From Alphaproteobacteria bacterium (lineage in GTDB: Bacteria; Pseudomonadota; Alphaproteobacteria; Puniceispirillales; Puniceispirillaceae): 64,000 nucleotides of DNA. How positions within the stretch are numbered: the first letter of the stretch is position 1; each line of letters begins with the position of its first letter. Positions 56,608 through 64,000 of this stretch are shown piece by piece. A program made the translations under genes and the position numbers. Location: assembly GCA_009920665.1 (NCBI GenBank), contig RFZL01000004.1, positions 2,776 through 66,775 of the forward strand, written 5' to 3'. The notes under the pieces were generated by a model. It was not told where the DNA came from, made no database searches, and worked only from the letters and a program-made list of their open reading frames with translations.

Positions 56608-57303
56608 TCAGTTGGAAAGAGGATAGTCGGATTTCGCGAAGAACTTGTTTTCGTATTTATGGCCGAAACGCATGTTCTGCAGCGTCACTGTCGTCGCCAC
56701 ATCGGCCGCATCGCGGATCGTCCAGCGGCGCAGCTCGAAAGGCCGGTTGGTGAATTCGAGGGTCAGCTCGCCGGCGGCCTCGCCGACATCGCGCTTCAGG
56801 GTGATCCGCGTGATTCCGTCCTGCACGACATGCGTGGTCGTGAAATCCTTCGAGCGCAGCAGCACCTCGTCCTGCAGGATCAACGACAATGGCGTCTCGC
56901 TGATCGGATAGCTTGTCACCGTCTTGTCCTTTGGCCGGTCAACATGAAGCCATACCGGCGTGGTCAGCAGGATCAGCGGTTCCTCGAGATCATAGATCAC
57001 CTTCATCCGGTGTGGACGGCGCAGATGCAGCTCACCGGTGGCGCTGGTGCCATCGGATGCCACCTGAATGAAATCGGCGCGCATCGTGCTGATGCCGTCA
57101 AACCAGGCCTCGGCGCGCGCGACCGGATCATTCGATGCGGCAAGACCGGCCGACATCAGCATGACGCCAAGAAGGCCAGCCAGGATCCCGCTAAAGACCC
57201 GGGTAAAAGCCTTGGTAAAAACCTTGGTAAAAACCCCGGCAACAAGCCCGCAAAGACCCCCGCCACGCCGTGACATCCGGCATCTGTCGACCATCACAGT
57301 CAT
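56608..57303 (-). CDS. lolA: outer-membrane lipoprotein carrier protein LolA-like
   Basis: The mature part ...RAEAWFDGISTMRADFIQV......G.L.L.RP.+M+V.Y......L... resembles LolA. It lies immediately after ftsK (stop and start adjacent), a conserved pairing. The N-terminal region is long and repeat-containing, so the start is uncertain. Confidence 0.75.
   Translation of the reverse strand: MTVMVDRCRMSRRGGGLCGLVAGVFTKVFTKAFTRVFSGILAGLLGVMLMSAGLAASNDPVARAEAWFDGISTMRADFIQVASDGTSATGELHLRRPHRMKVIYDLEEPLILLTTPVWLHVDRPKDKTVTSYPISETPLSLILQDEVLLRSKDFTTTHVVQDGITRITLKRDVGEAAGELTLEFTNRPFELRRWTIRDAADVATTVTLQNMRFGHKYENKFFAKSDYPLSN
57202..57237. repeat. 12-nt tandem repeat x3 inside lolA 5' region
   Basis: ggtaaaagcctt / ggtaaaaacctt / ggtaaaaacccc encode (V/A)FTK/R repeats (GVFTKVFTKAFTRVF) in the predicted signal-peptide region. 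Confidence 0.9.
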
Positions 57304-59577
57304 CTACTGCCCATCCCCTTCGGTCACCAGCACCTCACGCTTGCCAACATGGTTGGCGGCGCTGATGATGCCGTTGCCTTCCATCTCCTCGATGATGGTT
57401 GCGGCCCGATTATAACCGATCTTCAGATGTCTTTGCACAAAGCTTGTCGAGGCTTTCTGTTCACGGACGACAAGCTGCACCGCCTGGTCATAGAGGCTGC
57501 TGCCCTCGCCGAGAAGATCGCCGGTGGCGCCAGCCGTCGCCCCGGCCTCCTCCTCCTCGGCGACGACCTTGTCGTTGTAATCCGGTTCGCCCTGCTTGCG
57601 AAGGAAGTTCGCCACCGCCTCGACCTCATTGTCGGAGACGAACGGTCCATGCACCCGCATCACGCGCCCGCCACCTTCCATGAACAGCATGTCACCACGG
57701 CCAAGAAGCTGTTCGGCGCCCTGCTCGCCAAGGATCGTCCGGCTGTCGATCCGCGAGGTGACCTGGAAACTGATGCGGGTCGGGAAATTGGCCTTGATGG
57801 TGCCGGTGATGACATCGACCGACGGGCGCTGCGTCGCCATGATGACATGGATGCCGGCGGCGCGCGCCATCTGCGCCAGACGCTGCACCGCCGCCTCGAT
57901 TTCCTTGCCGGCGACAAGCATCAGATCGGCCACCTCGTCAATCACCACGACGATGAAGGGGAGCGGCGCCAGATCGAGGATTTCCTCCTCAAAGACCGGC
58001 TTGCCGGTCTCGGCATCGAATCCCGTCTGCACACGCCTTGTCAGCACCTCGCCATCGGCCCGCGCCTCGGCAACACGCTGGTTGTAGCCGGCGATGTTGC
58101 GAACACCGAGCTTGGCCATGTTGCGATAGCGGCTTTCCATCTCGCGGACCGCCCATTTCAGTGCTGTCACAGCCTTTGACGGTTCGGTGACAACCGGGCT
58201 CAGAAGATGCGGAATGCCGTCATAGACCGACAATTCCAGCATTTTCGGATCGACCAGGATCATCCGGCAGGTCTCCGGCGTATGGCGGTACAGCAAGGAC
58301 AGGATCATCGCGTTGATGCCGACAGACTTGCCCGAGCCGGTGGTGCCGGCGACCAGAAGATGCGGCATCTTCGCCAGATCGACGATCACCGGCGCGCCGG
58401 CGATGTCCTTGCCAAGCGCCATCGGCAGGTCGCCGCCATCATCCTGCCAGGCAGCGTGGTCGAAGATTTCACGAAGCACCACCATCTGCCGGTCGACATT
58501 CGGCAACTCGATGCCGATCACATTTTGCCCCGGCACCACGGCGACACGAACCGAGACCGCGCTCATCGAACGGGCGATGTCATCGGCAAGCGAGATCACG
58601 CGTTGCGACTTCGTGCCCGGCGCCGGCACCAGATCATGGCGAGTCACCACCGGACCATAGCGGGATTCGGTGATTTCACCCTTCACGCTGAAATCGCCAA
58701 GAACATGTTCAAGCTGCGCCGCCGTTTCATCAAGCGCCTGTTTCGACGGGCCGGAGGCCGCCTTGCCGGGGGCAGCCAGCAGCTTGCCCGGCGGCAGACG
58801 GAACTGCCCGTCACCATCCAGATCGAGCCGCCCCTGACCGGCGGTGCGGCGGGTTGAAGCCGTACTGCTGTCGGCCGCCGCGCCGGCAAGCAGCGTCGGT
58901 TCCTTGCGTTTGCGAGAGGCTTTGCGGGGTGTCTTTTTCCTTGGCGCCGCTGGCGCCTCGGGTTCGGTCAGCGTCAGCGGCGGCGCGTCAGTCTCGTCTG
59001 CATCGGCCTGTTCGCGGCGCGCGGCAAGGCGGCGCGCCAGCATGCCCGCCACCGCGCGGACCGGCGCCGCGACAAGGCCCCATTGCCGGCGTGAAAGGGT
59101 CGCGCACCAGGACCATATCAACAGACCGACGATCAGATATCCGGTGCCAAGATAATGTGCGTTGTTCAGCCCGAACAATGATTTGATCGGTGGCAGATGC
59201 GGCAGGGTCAGTCCGGTCAGGACAACTCCGGCAGCACCGCCGGCGGCGCTGCCATCCGCACCCGAAAGTCCGTAGAAACCGGCGGCCAGAAGCAACAGTG
59301 ACACCGGCGCAAGACAGAGGCGGACGATATTATGGCGCATCGGGTGCTTGCGCATCATCCGGTAGCCCCAGCCAAGCGGCAGCAGGGTCAGAAAGAAGCT
59401 TGCCGTTCCCAGGCTGACGCGAAGCCCGCCGGCGATGGTTGAGCCAAGGGCACCAAACCAGTTCTGGACATCGCCGGAGGAGAAGGCGCTGAAGGAAGGA
59501 TCATAACGTCCCGGCGAGACCAGCATCGCTGTAAGCGCCGCGCCAATAATGACGAGGCATAGCCCGGCACACTCCAT
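57304..59577 (-). CDS. ftsK: DNA translocase FtsK
   Basis: N-terminal TM helices, a Pro/Ala linker, a motor domain ([19 protein letters not shown]...VVIDE.ADLM...[20 protein letters not shown]) and a C-terminal gamma domain (LYD.AV..V.....AS.S..QR.L.IGYNRAA.IIE.ME). The annotated ATG may not be the true start (see findings). Confidence 0.93.
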   Translation of the reverse strand: MECAGLCLVIIGAALTAMLVSPGRYDPSFSAFSSGDVQNWFGALGSTIAGGLRVSLGTASFFLTLLPLGWGYRMMRKHPMRHNIVRLCLAPVSLLLLAAGFYGLSGADGSAAGGAAGVVLTGLTLPHLPPIKSLFGLNNAHYLGTGYLIVGLLIWSWCATLSRRQWGLVAAPVRAVAGMLARRLAARREQADADETDAPPLTLTEPEAPAAPRKKTPRKASRKRKEPTLLAGAAADSSTASTRRTAGQGRLDLDGDGQFRLPPGKLLAAPGKAASGPSKQALDETAAQLEHVLGDFSVKGEITESRYGPVVTRHDLVPAPGTKSQRVISLADDIARSMSAVSVRVAVVPGQNVIGIELPNVDRQMVVLREIFDHAAWQDDGGDLPMALGKDIAGAPVIVDLAKMPHLLVAGTTGSGKSVGINAMILSLLYRHTPETCRMILVDPKMLELSVYDGIPHLLSPVVTEPSKAVTALKWAVREMESRYRNMAKLGVRNIAGYNQRVAEARADGEVLTRRVQTGFDAETGKPVFEEEILDLAPLPFIVVVIDEVADLMLVAGKEIEAAVQRLAQMARAAGIHVIMATQRPSVDVITGTIKANFPTRISFQVTSRIDSRTILGEQGAEQLLGRGDMLFMEGGGRVMRVHGPFVSDNEVEAVANFLRKQGEPDYNDKVVAEEEEAGATAGATGDLLGEGSSLYDQAVQLVVREQKASTSFVQRHLKIGYNRAATIIEEMEGNGIISAANHVGKREVLVTEGDGQ

Positions 59578-59655
59578 CGCCCGGCGGCGCAGAAAACCGA
59601 TCAGGGCCGGAGACAGGATCCTGCTTTTTGCCTCAGCGTCGATTATCGCCTCCGT

Positions 59656-60876
59656 CTATGCCGCGCCGCGGCTGTCGGCATCATAGAGCGCCGCCACCCT
59701 GGCAAGGCTTTCCTCGGTGCGCTCATGATCATGCACCAGCGCCAACCGCACATATCCGGCACCCGGATTGATCCCGTCACTGACCTCGGCCATGAAGGAC
59801 CCCGGCATGGCCCGCACCGCCTGTTCCTGCATCAACCGCCAGACAAACTGCCGGTCATCGGCCACCGGCAACCATAAAAAGAAACCACCCGGTGGCGGCG
59901 TCACGGAAAGATGGCGCACGGCAAGGGCGAAGCTGTGGTCATAATGTGCCCGAATTGCGGCAACATGGCTGTCATCATCATACAGATCGGCCGCCGCCAG
60001 CAGCAACGGTGTCGGCACCAGCGAGCCGGTATTGGCGATCACCTTCAGATACAGCGCCATCACGCTGGCATCGCCGATCACAAAGCCGGCGCGCAGCCCG
60101 GCCGCGCTGGAGCGTTTTGACAGCGAGTTCAGAACCACCAGATTGCGAAGCGGGTCTTGTGCGGCATCACCACCTTCCTCGGCATGCAGCGTCGCCGCCG
60201 CCTCCAGTGCGCCGGCCGGCGGGGCGTCGCGCCAGATATCGCAATAGCATTCATCCATCACCAGCAGGAAATCATGCTGGCGGGCCAGCTTTATGGCCGC
60301 CTTGATCTGCGCGATCGACATCACGCCGCCCTGCGGGTTTGTCGGGCTGCACAGATAGACAATGCTGGTGCGGGCCAACACATCCTCCGGTTGCGCCCCA
60401 AGGTCGGGGACGAAACCGGACCCGGCATGCGCGTTGAGATAGAGGATTTCAGCACCGGAGGCCAGCGCGCCGGCACGCCAGGCATGGTAATAGGGGTTGG
60501 CAACGAGGGCTGCCGCATTGTCCTTTGTGCCTTTGACAAGTCCGCCCATCAGGCCCAGCGGCTCGCGCGTTCCTGGCACCGGCAGCATCTGTTTTTCAAG
60601 GTCGACAAGGCCGGCAGCCGTGGGCCAGCGGCGTGCGATATAGGACTCCACCGCCATGGTGAAGCGCGGATGACCGGTGGCCTTCGGATAGAACTGCCAG
60701 CCCTCATTATGCGTCAACATGCTGCGCATCAGCAGATCGCCGCCGGCGATCTGCGGCTCGCCGATCGACATGTCCAGAAGATCACGCCCGGCCGGTGGCG
60801 CGGCATCGGCGAGGAGGGCCCGCATCTGCACGAACATATTGCCGTCAAACAGCCTGTAATCCGGATTCAGCTTCAT
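59656..60876 (-). CDS. class I/II PLP-dependent aminotransferase (specificity not assignable)
   Basis: ...SIGEP......NPYY......PTNPQG......DECY......LNSLSKRSSAAGLR.GF (PLP lysine in SLSKR)... Confidence 0.8.
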   Translation of the reverse strand: MKLNPDYRLFDGNMFVQMRALLADAAPPAGRDLLDMSIGEPQIAGGDLLMRSMLTHNEGWQFYPKATGHPRFTMAVESYIARRWPTAAGLVDLEKQMLPVPGTREPLGLMGGLVKGTKDNAAALVANPYYHAWRAGALASGAEILYLNAHAGSGFVPDLGAQPEDVLARTSIVYLCSPTNPQGGVMSIAQIKAAIKLARQHDFLLVMDECYCDIWRDAPPAGALEAAATLHAEEGGDAAQDPLRNLVVLNSLSKRSSAAGLRAGFVIGDASVMALYLKVIANTGSLVPTPLLLAAADLYDDDSHVAAIRAHYDHSFALAVRHLSVTPPPGGFFLWLPVADDRQFVWRLMQEQAVRAMPGSFMAEVSDGINPGAGYVRLALVHDHERTEESLARVAALYDADSRGAA

Positions 60877-61102
60877 CGTCTGTTGCCCTGCATTCTGGCG
60901 CTTCCGCCGCCGGCCCCTTGCCGGCCGAAACTGTCGCGCGCCACTCCTGCCACTGTCCTAACGCATGACGTGCTGGCGGGCAATCTCTGAGCCGGAAAAT
61001 GACATGCCCGATACCCGGTCAAACACCAAGAGATGGCTGCGACACCCCCATGAGACCGCATTACGCATGGACAGCAGACCCCTGTTCAGCCTAGATGAAA
61101 GC

Positions 61103-61681
61103 ATGACAGCACCATCACCGAAAGATGCAGATATCAGGCCGCCGGCGCAGCGCGGCGCGGTATTCCTTGATCGTGACCAGACGCTGAATATTGATCATGG
61201 CTACACGCATCTGGTCGATGATTTTGCCTGGATGCCGGGCGCGCCTGACGCGCTGAGCCTGTTTCACCGCCACGGTATCGCCTGTTTCATCGTGACCAAC
61301 CAGGGTGGCATCGGGCGAGAAATCTTCACCGCCGCGCAGATGCAGGCCTTCAACGACCATCTTGTGGCGCAGGCAGGCCTTGCCGGCGGCCACATTCAGG
61401 ATATCGCCCATTGCCCCCACCATCCCGAGGCAGTGAGCCCCGCCATGCGACCACCCTGTGGCTGTCGCAAGCCCGAACCGGGTCTGTTGCTTGGACTGGC
61501 CGCCAAATGGAACATCGATCTGGCGGCATCGGTGATGATCGGCGATCGGGACAGCGACCTGGCCGCCGGGCGGGCCGCCGGGTGCCATGCCTATATGTTC
61601 GACGGGACGGATCTGTCCGGGCTGGCGCGGCAGGTGATCAACCGGCATTTTGCCGATAGTCCGGGTGGCGATAATGCATGA
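61103..61681 (+). CDS. gmhB: HAD-IIIA phosphatase, D-glycero-D-manno-heptose 1,7-bisphosphate phosphatase (GmhB)-like
   Basis: AVFLDRDQTLN (DxD motif I), IVTNQGGIGR, a Zn-loop CPHHPE...CGCRKPEPGL, and MIGDRDSDLAAG. The start is chosen at ATG 61103 (192 aa). A histidinol-phosphatase-family alternative cannot be excluded. Confidence 0.7.
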   Translation: MTAPSPKDADIRPPAQRGAVFLDRDQTLNIDHGYTHLVDDFAWMPGAPDALSLFHRHGIACFIVTNQGGIGREIFTAAQMQAFNDHLVAQAGLAGGHIQDIAHCPHHPEAVSPAMRPPCGCRKPEPGLLLGLAAKWNIDLAASVMIGDRDSDLAAGRAAGCHAYMFDGTDLSGLARQVINRHFADSPGGDNA

Positions 61682-62912
61682 TGTGGCGGTTGTCGGTGGC
61701 GGTCTGACCGGGGTGATGATGGCGACGGCGCTGTCCCATACCGGGCTGGATGTCGCGCTTGTTGACCGCGACAATGGCATGATAACGGACACGGATGAGC
61801 GGACGACGACAATCAACGCCGCCGGCGCGCGCATGCTGACGGCGCTTGGCGTCTGGGACCGGCTTGCGACCCCTCCCGCGCCGATCAGGCGCATCGCCAT
61901 CGCCGAGGGGGCCCCGCCAACCGGACTGGCGGCACGGCGGCGCGCGCAAACCGACCTGTCCTGGCAAACGGATGCGGCACCAATGGCCTTTGTTGTTGGC
62001 AATATGACGTTGCGGGCCGCACTTGGCGACAGCATCGCCCAGAGACCGGTGACGCAGTTTCGCGGCAGCTCGGTATCGGCATGGCAGGCCGGGGACGACG
62101 CGGCGGAACTGACCCTTGCGGACATCAACGGGACCGCTGACAGCGGCGGCGCATCATCGCTTCACGCCGCGCTGGTGGTTGCCTGTGACGGCGCCCGAAG
62201 CCATCTTGCGGAAGTGGCCGGGCTTGGCCTTCGCGAGACCCGCCAGACACAAACCGCCATCGTCACCATTCTCGAGGCGGAACGGCATCATGACGACACC
62301 GCCTTTCAACGCTTTCTGCAGACGGGACCCTTTGCCCTGATGCCGCTTGACGGCACCAGACTGTCACTTGTCTGGACGCTGCCGAATGCCGAGGCAGAAC
62401 GCCTGCTTGCGGTTGATGACACCACCTTCGAGGCGGCCTGCCTCACAGCTTTTGGCACCGGCCTCGGCTATCTTCGTCTTGCCGGAAGGCGGCTTGCCTG
62501 GCCGCTGCGGCCAAGCTGGCGGCGGCGCATTACCGCACCGGGGCTGATTCTGGCGGGTGACGCGGCACATGCCATCCATCCGCTGGCCGGTCAGGGGTAT
62601 AATCTGGCGCTGGCCGACGCGGCGGTACTGGCCGATCTGCTAGTCGAGAATGCGCGACGCGGCCTGCCGGCATCACATATGTCGCTGCGGCGCGCCTATG
62701 CGGCGGCGCGGTGGCGCGAACGGGCGGCGATGACAACCGCCACATCGGGCCTGAACAATCTGTTCTCGAGCGCGCCGGCCGGCATTCGCCGCCTCGCCGG
62801 GCTTGGCTTCACGATGCTCGACCGACTTCCTGTCAAATCGGTCTTCTCGGATATTGCGGCAGGTGGCCAGCTTGCCGAGGCGGCGCTTCTGGAAGGCCGG
62901 CTCCCCGGCTGA
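61674..62912 (+). CDS. UbiH/UbiF/VisC/COQ6-family FAD-dependent ubiquinone hydroxylase
   Basis: DVAVVGGGLTG (FAD)...LVVACDGARS...LAGDAAHAIHPLAGQGYNLALADA..LA. It overlaps the gmhB-like stop by 8 nt. Confidence 0.85.
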   Translation: MHDVAVVGGGLTGVMMATALSHTGLDVALVDRDNGMITDTDERTTTINAAGARMLTALGVWDRLATPPAPIRRIAIAEGAPPTGLAARRRAQTDLSWQTDAAPMAFVVGNMTLRAALGDSIAQRPVTQFRGSSVSAWQAGDDAAELTLADINGTADSGGASSLHAALVVACDGARSHLAEVAGLGLRETRQTQTAIVTILEAERHHDDTAFQRFLQTGPFALMPLDGTRLSLVWTLPNAEAERLLAVDDTTFEAACLTAFGTGLGYLRLAGRRLAWPLRPSWRRRITAPGLILAGDAAHAIHPLAGQGYNLALADAAVLADLLVENARRGLPASHMSLRRAYAAARWRERAAMTTATSGLNNLFSSAPAGIRRLAGLGFTMLDRLPVKSVFSDIAAGGQLAEAALLEGRLPG

Positions 62913-62935
62913 CAATGATCCTGAAATGAGCCAGC

Positions 62936-63283
62936 CTAGCTGCCAGCGGCCAGCCGGTCACGGTAATCGGCCATCAGGCTGTCCTGCCGCCGGCCATAAT
63001 CCTGCAGGATGTCCCAGCTGAAGATTCCGGTGTCATGGCCATCATCGAAAATCAGTCTGACTGCATAATTCCCCACCGGCTCGATGCCGGTGATGCGGAC
63101 ATCCTGTTTGCCGCGCGGCGTTGTTTTCTGACCAACCCCGTGACCCTGCACCTCGGCCGACGGTGATTCAACGCGCAACAGCTCGGCACCCAGCGATACG
63201 CTGTCGCCATCCTCAAAACTGACATGCAGCGTTTTCTTGTCGGCGCTGAGCCTGATTTCGGATGGCCAGGGCGCGTCATTCAT
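62936..63283 (-). CDS. DUF971 family protein (gamma-butyrobetaine hydroxylase-like N-terminal fold)
   Basis: P.EIRL..D+K.L.V.F.DG....L.AELLRV.SPSAEV.GHG......[21 protein letters not shown]+SW is the typical DUF971 pattern. Confidence 0.75.
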   Translation of the reverse strand: MNDAPWPSEIRLSADKKTLHVSFEDGDSVSLGAELLRVESPSAEVQGHGVGQKTTPRGKQDVRITGIEPVGNYAVRLIFDDGHDTGIFSWDILQDYGRRQDSLMADYRDRLAAGS

Positions 63284-63516
63284 GACGTGCTGTCCCCGTC
63301 ATCATCAAGCGCCCGCGACTCCTCGACAAGCATGATTGGCACGCCGTCGCGGACCGGAAAGGCACGGCCTAGCTGATGGCTGACAAGCTCGCCGCGCACC
63401 CGGTCATATTTCAACGGCCCTTGCGTGACCGGGCATACCAGCACCTCGAGAAGCGCCGGATCAAGGCGTGCCGACTCGAAAGCTGTCTGGCCGCTGTCTT
63501 CAGTGTCGCGCGTCAT
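63280..63516 (-). CDS. Trm112/UPF0434 (YcaR-like) small zinc-ribbon-fold protein
   Basis: [21 protein letters not shown]...[23 protein letters not shown]. Its stop overlaps the DUF971 start (ATGA). The start is ATG 63516 or ATG 63534. Confidence 0.8.
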   Translation of the reverse strand: MTRDTEDSGQTAFESARLDPALLEVLVCPVTQGPLKYDRVRGELVSHQLGRAFPVRDGVPIMLVEESRALDDDGDSTS

Positions 63517-64000
63517 TCTGGCCCTCATCGCCATGTAGTGCCATTTCCATCATCGTCACCAGAAGATCGGCCCGGCTGCGCACACCCTCTGCCTCAAGAA
63601 GCGCCTGCTTCTCGGCGACATCGAACGGGCAGACCATGGCAAGCGTGTTCAGGATCGCGCTGTCGTCAGACCGCTCGATCTGGTCCCAGTCAGCCTCGAA
63701 TCCCTGCGTGTCGAAATAGCGCCTCATGACGGCGAACATACGGTCACGGTCGGCGATGCCGCCTTCATCATCCTCAAGGTCGGAGATGAATTCGTCCCAG
63801 GTCACGTCGGCCAGGCGATAGCCGCGTCCGGTAAGCTGGTCACCGCCAAGTCGGAACCGGCAGACGCCATTAAGGGCGATCATGAACCGGCCGTCGCCAG
63901 TTTCCTGGAAATAGCTGATGCGGCCGGCGCATCCGATGCCGAAAAGCGCGCCGGCCTCGTCAACCGGCTGTACCATGCCGATCAGGCGGCCCGGCGTACC
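63500..64000 (-). CDS. LON substrate-binding (Lon N-terminal) domain protein, 5' end outside window
   Basis: The ORF stays open to the window edge (upstream codons read [12 protein letters not shown]). ...G..GC.G+I......DGR..I.L.G..RF.... resembles stand-alone LON N-domain proteins. No ATPase or protease motifs are seen. Confidence 0.7.
   Translation of the reverse strand, partial: GTPGRLIGMVQPVDEAGALFGIGCAGRISYFQETGDGRFMIALNGVCRFRLGGDQLTGRGYRLADVTWDEFISDLEDDEGGIADRDRMFAVMRRYFDTQGFEADWDQIERSDDSAILNTLAMVCPFDVAEKQALLEAEGVRSRADLLVTMMEMALHGDEGQNDARH

Noticed and set aside
57270-57303. A twin-arginine (Tat) signal in LolA, from MSRRGGGL.
   Set aside because: The RR is not followed by the x-F-L-K-type consensus, and LolA is a Sec substrate in characterised systems. 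The evidence is insufficient.
60965-61102. A 46-aa N-terminal extension of the gmhB-like ORF; similar extensions at 49758-49883 for DUF218, 46429-46584 for L19, 6691-6807 for DM13 and 6821-6904 for the enolase-family gene.
   Set aside because: The extensions are Arg/Trp/Cys-rich and unlike homologue N-termini. Downstream ATGs give canonical lengths and, in most cases, have an SD.
62936-63534. The small overlapping gene pair as a toxin-antitoxin module.
   Set aside because: Both products match conserved housekeeping-type families (DUF971 and Trm112/UPF0434) rather than any toxin or antitoxin fold. Their GC and context are core-like.

Overview
This is a high-GC chromosomal core region; hand counts of 60-nt lines give about 63-65% G+C. 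It looks alphaproteobacterial, judged from the F1-only atpHAGDC operon, the sdhCDAB-zapE-mdh-sucCDAB-lpdA block and the rplU-rpmA-obg-proB-proA-nadD-rsfS-rlmH block. It is almost fully coding, with about 62 protein genes. I saw no tRNA, rRNA, CRISPR array, transposase, phage gene or recognisable defence gene.

Gene blocks in order:
- lysA 3' end, a zinc-ribbon membrane protein and a DUF218 protein
- chorismate mutase-tyrC
- DM13 / HAD-IIA / folB / methyltransferase operon
- an orphan enolase-superfamily gene
- the rplU ribosomal/proline block, then gpmI-ctpA-rppH
- atpHAGDC, priA, tal-xerC
- a 13.6-kb TCA supercluster
- pdxY, then asd-leuBDC
- rplS-trmD-rimM-rpsP-ffh
- DUF218, then ftsY-mtaB-dapF-xthA
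- a TPR-glycosyltransferase gene
- lolA-ftsK, an aminotransferase, gmhB-like-ubiH
- DUF971-Trm112-LON-N (runs off the window)

I do not find convincing evidence for a multi-gene novel system. The one clear compositional outlier is a low-GC segment of about 2 kb (54.6-56.6 kb) carrying a single TPR + GT9-like glycosyltransferase of unknown acceptor. That is my best candidate for something accessory and under-described.

Secondary observations:
- ftsK may start at a non-canonical codon behind a strong SD.
- A HAD-IIA gene is coupled to folB.
- The chorismate mutase has an unassigned C-terminal domain.
- A G-quadruplex motif and an exact 17-nt duplication lie around a near-consensus rplU promoter.
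- S16, L21 and Ffh carry low-complexity repeat tails.
- There are unusually many 12-17-nt tandem duplications in spacers and gene 5' ends.

Start codons are my best choice from SD spacing and homologue N-termini and are less certain than stops. Many long antisense ORFs in the supplied track are high-GC artefacts.
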